Virus record (IMG/VR): IMGVR_UViG_3300032280_000800
Coordinates: 47,750 to 111,749 of that record
Origin: a virus
Lineage: Duplodnaviria; Caudoviricetes
Length of the DNA stretch: 64,000 nt
Strand: one strand, 5' to 3'
A program made the translations under genes and the position numbers. Positions 58,128 through 64,000 of the stretch are shown here, piece by piece (position 1 is the stretch's first letter; every line of letters begins with the position of its first letter). The notes beneath the pieces were generated by a model. It saw nothing but the letters and a program-made list of their open reading frames with translations, was not told where the DNA came from and searched no databases.

Positions 58128-58653
58128 AATAATTCTCCTTTAATTTTTGATATAGCTTATTGTCATTATAGTATTGTTTGGTAACTAACTCAATTTGTTT
58201 TTCGTTTAAAGCTGGCTTCTTATCATCTTTTTCTTCATTTAATCTTGGCACTGGTGTTGGTAATCCTAACCAATCTGCACAATCGTCAATTTGTTCTGGA
58301 AATAGGAAGTATTTAATTTTGTCATTTAAAAGCCCCATACTTTCCATAGTCCAAAAGTGAACCTCGTCCTCTAATAAACCCTCTTCAACAGTTTTATTTC
58401 GTCTTGCACAAGCACTTCTGAATCTATCTACGGGATTTCTTACCATGCAACAAACTTCACATTCAGGTAAGCCCATTTTCAAATCATGTCCTCGTAAGTT
58501 CATTATAGGATGCCACTTTTGATCTTTAAGAGATTCTGGGTGAGTTTTTACGTGATCTTTTGGAAGCATCAAATTCATTAATGCATGACTTCCGCTTCTT
58601 GTAACAAGAGCTAGAGCTTTATTATTGTATATTGAACAAACCCCTCTAGACAT
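58111..58653 (-). CDS. sulfotransferase family protein
   Basis: TRSGSHAL (5'-PSB-like), MVRNPVDRFRSA (3'-PB), P.LN, YYND..LY. Confidence 0.7.
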   Translation of the reverse strand: MSRGVCSIYNNKALALVTRSGSHALMNLMLPKDHVKTHPESLKDQKWHPIMNLRGHDLKMGLPECEVCCMVRNPVDRFRSACARRNKTVEEGLLEDEVHFWTMESMGLLNDKIKYFLFPEQIDDCADWLGLPTPVPRLNEEKDDKKPALNEKQIELVTKQYYNDNKLYQKLKENYYGKQF

Positions 58654-58667
58654 TTATGCTTTCTATC

Positions 58668-60032
58668 TTAGGTTACTGTTGTTATCACATGCTTAAATGT
58701 TGTATCTGCTATCTTTTGATTAGTCCATTCAGCACCATCAGGAGCATTAGTGTAATCTCTATGTTGAAGATATCCGTTTGTGGAATCTGTGCCAAAAGTC
58801 ACCTTTGAAGTTGAAGATTCTGATCCGCTCAATGATGATGATAAAGCTAAAGTAGAATTAGTGTCAAGCTTATATCCTAAAACATACTGCCTAACATTAA
58901 TAGGAGCTTTAGTTTCTGAACTTAACGAAGCTGCTCTTAGATTCATGTTTTGTGAGAACTGATTACCAGCAGCAACCGATGTCATTGATGTTGTTCCAGA
59001 GAATGTTTCACTAACTCTTGATAGACCTGTTGACGAACTTACGGGATCGCTAAATGTGTAGGTGTTAACAGTATCATAGTTTGACTTTTTGCACATTACC
59101 CTGCCTAGAAAATCGTTGTCAGCAGTACCAGATAAATCAGTCCAGTAAAAATCGTCAATGTATGTGTTCCATACTCTACTAGTGTCAGAGCTTATGGTTC
59201 CGAAACAGAAACCCCTTGTGTACCAATATGCACCAGCATATTCGCAGCCATTTTTTCCGCAATTATAAGGATCATAAACTGCGCTATAATCCCACCCTAT
59301 TGAAGCATTGGAATTAATTCCAGCATTATAGCTTGATGAATTAATGTCTAATGTGCTATCTGTTTTGTTTCTATTTATTTTTATTTGCGTAAGAGCCTGA
59401 GGACTATTATTGTACCCGGCACGACCTCTTAATATGTATTTTATTTCAATATAATTCCATTGATTAAGGGTCAGAAGGCTAGTTGATGTGCCGACCAGAG
59501 TACCAGCAAAATAATTTGACAAATAGGCTTTTTGACATCCGCTTTTGTCGCAACTGTAGTCTTTGACTATAGAATCAAAATAGTGAGAGGTGCCTGCATT
59601 GTCTGGCCCGTTATTAGCATAGTAAACGCCAGCCAAATTGTAATTCGGCCTTCTAATCTCTATATTTAGATTACTATTTATACCTATAATAAAGTTAGGA
59701 ACAGGATTAGAATGACTAGCACTTCCTCTGATATTTGCCCCGATAGGAGTAAAAGTCCCAAAGCTTCCGCCGGCAGGAAGCATAGGATATATAGCAAAGC
59801 CAACCACACCAGAAATATTGTGTGTGCCAGTAGGTGTTTTAAAGTATACGCGAGGAAAAGTACTACCACTACTTGTCATTTTCAAGCAGCTTCCTCCGTT
59901 TCGTGGAGCTACGCCGTTACCATCGGTACTATTAATTACCTGTATTGTGCCAGTATTTGTATAGTTAAGATAGCTTTTAACAGCATCAAACGAACTATAA
60001 TTTTCAAAACCGTCATATGTTATAATTGCCAT
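58668..60032 (-). CDS. virion fibre/accessory beta-sandwich protein (LamG/concanavalin-like)
   Basis: DGFE N-terminus, LNQWNYIEIK, YIDDFYW...DFLG, PDGAEWT motifs typical of phage fibre-associated domains. Confidence 0.55.
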   Translation of the reverse strand: MAIITYDGFENYSSFDAVKSYLNYTNTGTIQVINSTDGNGVAPRNGGSCLKMTSSGSTFPRVYFKTPTGTHNISGVVGFAIYPMLPAGGSFGTFTPIGANIRGSASHSNPVPNFIIGINSNLNIEIRRPNYNLAGVYYANNGPDNAGTSHYFDSIVKDYSCDKSGCQKAYLSNYFAGTLVGTSTSLLTLNQWNYIEIKYILRGRAGYNNSPQALTQIKINRNKTDSTLDINSSSYNAGINSNASIGWDYSAVYDPYNCGKNGCEYAGAYWYTRGFCFGTISSDTSRVWNTYIDDFYWTDLSGTADNDFLGRVMCKKSNYDTVNTYTFSDPVSSSTGLSRVSETFSGTTSMTSVAAGNQFSQNMNLRAASLSSETKAPINVRQYVLGYKLDTNSTLALSSSLSGSESSTSKVTFGTDSTNGYLQHRDYTNAPDGAEWTNQKIADTTFKHVITTVT

Positions 60033-60045
60033 CTTATTTCTCCTT

Positions 60046-62247
60046 TTAGATTGGATCGCTATAAATATTACTTAAGAAAGTTTGAGCTATTCTAACATTA
60101 TCAAATTCATTTTCAGCAACAGTGTCCGTATGGATATTACTTAAGAAAGTTTGACCTATTCTTATATTATCAAATTCGCTATCAACAACAAGATCAGTAT
60201 GAATATTGCTCAAGAAAGCCTGACCCAGACTCAGCGGCCTAATATTAGAGCTAGAAGGAGTGATGTTGTCTGTGATATATTCATCGCTAGACCCTGTTGA
60301 ATTAGTTGCTGTTATTTTTAGCTTATATGATACTCCGTTTGTTAGTCCGTTAATAGAAATAGGACTTGCTGGACTTGTTTGTCCGTTGCCAAATAGAGAA
60401 TAATTATTTCCATTATCTGAACTATAATATATAGTATAATATGTAGCTGGGGCGGATACTGTCGTTATATAAAGATCTATCTTTGCATTTAAAGCTTCTG
60501 CTCTTACTATTGATATTTCTGGTGGTTCACTTCCAAAGTTATTAGCATAGAAGTAGGTTGCCAAACTGGTTCGTTCGCTAATGCCGGGACCAGACCAACT
60601 GAATCTTAAATCATCTCCACCGTCTCCTTCTCTGTGGATGATTCTTATGGCATATACCTGATTGGCTGTCAAGCTTATCGTTCCACTTCTTCTTGTGCTT
60701 CCTTGATAGCCAATAATATTATTATTAAGAACGGTATTTGAGGATGAACGACCAGAAGAAGCACTAGCTATATCTCCTAACCATACTGCACTTCCGTCGT
60801 CGCTACTAGTATAGAATGTGTAGGTTCCGTCTGTTGGCGGCACAAAATAGCCTATTGCTATAAATCCATATTCATCATCATTTTCCCCGTAGTCTATACT
60901 AGAGTATAAAGAAGGAGAGGAAAGAGGCGTTGACAATACGTTTCCTGACAACATCTCGGAATCGGTTGGTCTTCCCCCTCTCTTAAATTTGCCATATAGA
61001 TTACCCACAATTCCAGGAGGAGTAACTATAGAGTTACTACTACTAGAAGGACTACTATTTCCTACGCTATTAACAGCAACTACTCTAAATATATAGGTCT
61101 TATAATACAAAAGATTATTTACTACAATATTTGAAGTCGCAGTGGAGGTTGCTCTAGTAAAGTCTGTCCAGGTTGTACCATTGTTTTTAGAATATTGAAT
61201 AATGTAATTTGTTATAGAGCTTCCACCGTCACTAGATGGCGCAGAAAAGCTTATTATAGCATCTTTACCAGAAAGGGAAGCTGTGACATTGGTTGGGGCG
61301 GAAGATATTGAAACAGGATTAAGAATATTCGATATTACTGCTACGGCGACACTACTTATTTCCTGTGAGCTTATGGAATTAGTCAAAGGAGCAGTTATAC
61401 TTTGTAGTATCTGTGATGAATAAACTATAGAAGAAACAATATTGCCAGAATTAGCTTGATTAACTTGACTTTGAGATATTGAATTAATATTTTGTGCTAA
61501 ATTAGACACTGCTGTTGGATTTGGAACATTTTGGTTATCTGTTAATCCTAATGCTTTTTTCTGAATTTTTGAAACAATATCTGTTGCGTTATTACTAAAA
61601 AACTGAGTAGGAGTAGATGCGGTTATTCCAGAATTAATAACTTCGCTTACACTTTCTAAAATAGAAGATAATGTAGAGTTTGAAATATTAGATTGGGAAG
61701 CTGTTGACAAAACTTGAAGTCTGCTTGCGGTTTCAGCAATCAACCCTGATGGTGTTGTGTCATTTTGGCCATTTACATATTGAGTAATATCTATCCCTAG
61801 ACTACTACTTATTTTTGAAGGTATATTTTGAACATTCTTTTTAATCATCGAATAATATAAAGAAGATAAAATAGAAGAAATTAAATTTCCTCCTGATTGA
61901 AGATTTTGAGAAGATATTGGGTAGTAAAAGTTAAAGACTATAGACAGACCAGTATCAGAGTCTATGCTATTTTGATTGCTTTCTATTAAAAAACCGTCCG
62001 GATTAAGAGCTAGTATTTCATTTATTTGCGTATTATTCGATGTATAAGTAGAACCAGAAACAACTATAGAATAATTTAGTTTTTGATAGTTAGATATTGG
62101 GAATATAGTAAAATTACTTATTGAGGATCCGAATGCTTCGATTGTTATGGGGCCGCTCTCTGGTGGAATATACTTTACATAAAGTTCCCCTGTTGGAGAT
62201 CTCCTGATAAGTCTTTTACTATTCTTGTTATTGATAAATATTCCCAT
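60046..62247 (-). CDS. FN3 + PA14 + FN3 virion protein
   Basis: FSAPSSDGGSSITNY..FRVVAVNSVG (FN3), YTFYTSSDDGSAVW..E.DGGD (PA14), GLTNGVSYKLKITATN (FN3). Confidence 0.8.
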   Translation of the reverse strand: MGIFINNKNSKRLIRRSPTGELYVKYIPPESGPITIEAFGSSISNFTIFPISNYQKLNYSIVVSGSTYTSNNTQINEILALNPDGFLIESNQNSIDSDTGLSIVFNFYYPISSQNLQSGGNLISSILSSLYYSMIKKNVQNIPSKISSSLGIDITQYVNGQNDTTPSGLIAETASRLQVLSTASQSNISNSTLSSILESVSEVINSGITASTPTQFFSNNATDIVSKIQKKALGLTDNQNVPNPTAVSNLAQNINSISQSQVNQANSGNIVSSIVYSSQILQSITAPLTNSISSQEISSVAVAVISNILNPVSISSAPTNVTASLSGKDAIISFSAPSSDGGSSITNYIIQYSKNNGTTWTDFTRATSTATSNIVVNNLLYYKTYIFRVVAVNSVGNSSPSSSSNSIVTPPGIVGNLYGKFKRGGRPTDSEMLSGNVLSTPLSSPSLYSSIDYGENDDEYGFIAIGYFVPPTDGTYTFYTSSDDGSAVWLGDIASASSGRSSSNTVLNNNIIGYQGSTRRSGTISLTANQVYAIRIIHREGDGGDDLRFSWSGPGISERTSLATYFYANNFGSEPPEISIVRAEALNAKIDLYITTVSAPATYYTIYYSSDNGNNYSLFGNGQTSPASPISINGLTNGVSYKLKITATNSTGSSDEYITDNITPSSSNIRPLSLGQAFLSNIHTDLVVDSEFDNIRIGQTFLSNIHTDTVAENEFDNVRIAQTFLSNIYSDPI
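60049..60230 (-). repeat. ~2.6 tandem 23-aa (69-nt) repeats at C-terminus
   Basis: GQAFLSNIHTDLVVDSEFDNIRI / GQTFLSNIHTDTVAENEFDNVRI / AQTFLSNIYSD. Confidence 0.85.
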
Positions 62248-62256
62248 ATTATTACC

Positions 62257-62772
62257 TTAAATTGATATATTATTTAATTCTTCAATAGTAGAAGCATTAT
62301 TTATTAGCTCTCTTTTAAGTGCGTCTTGTGAGCTCAGCTGTGATCTAAATTGACCATATTGTAACATTAACATTGTCATATCTTGTAACGATAATTCATG
62401 TGACTTTCCATCCATATCAATAACTGTTCCTGTGGTAGACAAACCCATATTATTTGCTTCTTTCGCTAATATAAAAGCTCCTGTTAATAATGTTACATCT
62501 TGATTATCTGTTCCAAGCTTCCACTCATAAGGAGTTACCCATCCATTACTCATAGTGTTTTTCCAAGCTGTGTCTACTTGTTCTAATTTTTCTAATTTAG
62601 CTTTGTGTAACGGCCATACCATTATTATATTATTAACTTGTTCTAGCTGTTCTGAACTGGGCTCTATTAAATATTCTATGTGAAATGTATTATTTCCGAG
62701 GTCTTGAACCCCCTCAATACTAACTATAGAGTTAATTTGCTCATGCAACTTGGATAGATAAATCATAAACAT
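62257..62772 (-). CDS. tail fibre assembly chaperone-like (DUF4376-like)
   Basis: AKLEKL...INNASTIEELNNI C-terminal signature; directly after the fibre gene. Confidence 0.65.
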   Translation of the reverse strand: MFMIYLSKLHEQINSIVSIEGVQDLGNNTFHIEYLIEPSSEQLEQVNNIIMVWPLHKAKLEKLEQVDTAWKNTMSNGWVTPYEWKLGTDNQDVTLLTGAFILAKEANNMGLSTTGTVIDMDGKSHELSLQDMTMLMLQYGQFRSQLSSQDALKRELINNASTIEELNNISI

Positions 62773-62782
62773 TTCCTTGATT

Positions 62783-64000
62783 TTAACACGTTATTGAGGC
62801 TGTTAAGTATGCATTATTGAATGTTGCTCCGGCAGCACCATACTGTAGCATTGCTAGATAGTGATATCCTGCTCCTGCAAAGGTTTGGTAGTCAGTACTT
62901 CCGGTTCGTAAAGTAGCAGTGTCAACATTATTTATAATCGCTAATGTGTTAACACCATTAGTTATATCTGCTCCTATTCCTACTGGTATTGTTGCTGCTG
63001 GATTAGCTTGAGCACTTGATACTATTGTCATATTTATTGCAGTATATCTATCTAACCCGCTTATAAATTCAACAATATTAGAGCTTTGATTTCTATATAG
63101 TCTAAAAGCTGCTGTTGCATAAGTGTGGGTGGTTCCTTCTGCTGCTGTCATATTTTTATTAACTCTATTATACATATTCCATAAGAATCTTTGATCTGGT
63201 CCATCAGATATAAATCCTGCTGTAGCATTTGTTCTTGCTGTTCCTAAATATCTTTTGTTGGGTGATCCGCTTTTAACGTATACTCCATCCTGTAATGCTA
63301 AAACAGATCCTGATGATCGTGCGCTAACTATAGCTGCTGGACTAGCATATCCTCCTTGTGTTGTCCACGCTGTTAATTCTAGCGTTTTAGTACCAGCATT
63401 ATCAAAAATAAATACATCATACATAGTGTTGGTTGCATAGCCTGATGCTAAAGATATAGAAATTTGTGAAAATGTGTGAATTTTCCATCTACTATTAGTA
63501 GTATCATATAATGATATTCTGTTACCATTAAAGGGAGTAAAGTATAATATATTTCCAAAAGTATTACCTACTTCTGAGCCTATAGGATCTCCTGTGTAAA
63601 TAGTTAATCTTCCGTCTACAACATTATTATTAGATGCATTTCCTGCTATAGATGTAGCTATTAATCCTCCAGCTATATTAACATCTGTTCCGTCAAATGT
63701 AAAATTAGCGGATCCAGAAGCTATATTACTAGCATTTTTATAAACTATTTGATTGGCACTACCTGCTACTGGGCCAGTTATTCCTTGTACTCCTTGACTA
63801 CCAGTGATGCCTTGACTTCCAGTATTGCCAGTGGTGCCTTGACTACCGACGCTACCCTGACTACCAGTATTGCCAGTAGTGCCTTGACTACCGACGCTAC
63901 CCTGACTGCCGGTGATACCTTGACTACCGACGCTACCCTGACTACCAGTGATGCCTTGACTTCCAGTATTGCCAGTGGTACCTTGTCGGCCTTGTATACC
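62783..64000 (-). CDS. collagen-like tail fibre protein (5' truncated by window edge)
   Basis: The frame is open from the window edge through 63424: Gly-X-Y repeats, then [41 protein letters not shown] fibre domain. Confidence 0.8.
   Translation of the reverse strand, partial: GIQGRQGTTGNTGSQGITGSQGSVGSQGITGSQGSVGSQGTTGNTGSQGSVGSQGTTGNTGSQGITGSQGVQGITGPVAGSANQIVYKNASNIASGSANFTFDGTDVNIAGGLIATSIAGNASNNNVVDGRLTIYTGDPIGSEVGNTFGNILYFTPFNGNRISLYDTTNSRWKIHTFSQISISLASGYATNTMYDVFIFDNAGTKTLELTAWTTQGGYASPAAIVSARSSGSVLALQDGVYVKSGSPNKRYLGTARTNATAGFISDGPDQRFLWNMYNRVNKNMTAAEGTTHTYATAAFRLYRNQSSNIVEFISGLDRYTAINMTIVSSAQANPAATIPVGIGADITNGVNTLAIINNVDTATLRTGSTDYQTFAGAGYHYLAMLQYGAAGATFNNAYLTASITC
63771..64000 (-). 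repeat. Gly-X-Y collagen-like repeat ([15 protein letters not shown])
   Basis: 9- and 18-nt periodic repeats such as CCTTGACTACCAGT and CCAGTATTGCCAGT. Confidence 0.9.

Noticed and set aside
1-64000. Stop-codon reassignment (alternative genetic code)
   Set aside because: Conserved genes are full length under the standard code, and TAA, TAG and TGA all terminate genes at sensible positions.
63771-64000. Tandem DNA repeats as a CRISPR array or diversity-generating element
   Set aside because: The periodicity is a multiple of 9 nt and encodes in-frame Gly-X-Y collagen; there are no unique spacers and no reverse transcriptase.
1-64000. tRNA, rRNA, integrase or transposase genes
   Set aside because: None recognised; intergenic gaps are short and show no cloverleaf signatures by eye. 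A tRNAscan run would be needed to exclude tRNAs formally.

Overview
AT-rich 64-kb segment of a large tailed dsDNA bacteriophage, read with the standard genetic code. It has two convergent arms meeting at ~24,753. The + arm (1-24,752) covers nucleotide metabolism, recombination and replication: dCMP deaminase, class II RNR, PhoH, HNH, RecA, DnaB, DnaG, dNMP kinase, Cas4/AddB-like nuclease, a DnaE polymerase split into two genes around a DEDDh exonuclease, and SSB. A glycosyltransferase cluster follows. The - arm (24,755-64,000) is the virion morphogenesis region: collagen-like fibre, FN3/PA14 protein, neck genes, two paralogous tail-tube genes, chaperones, a 5,268-aa tape measure protein (TMP) and tail-tip proteins. 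A + strand two-gene insertion with its own sigma70-like promoter interrupts it. The most striking object is the TMP, which looks like a modular cargo-carrying polyprotein. Recurrent 'xxGG-h-x-x-F-A-x-GG' linkers delimit globular cassettes that include a HAD phosphatase and a PD-(D/E)xK nuclease-like domain. Further C-terminal are a glycine-zipper membrane segment and two tandem copies of a domain resembling the N-terminus of the host type IV pilus/T2SS platform protein PilC/GspF. All assignments come from motif recognition by eye; no searches were run, and sub-gene coordinates are approximate.
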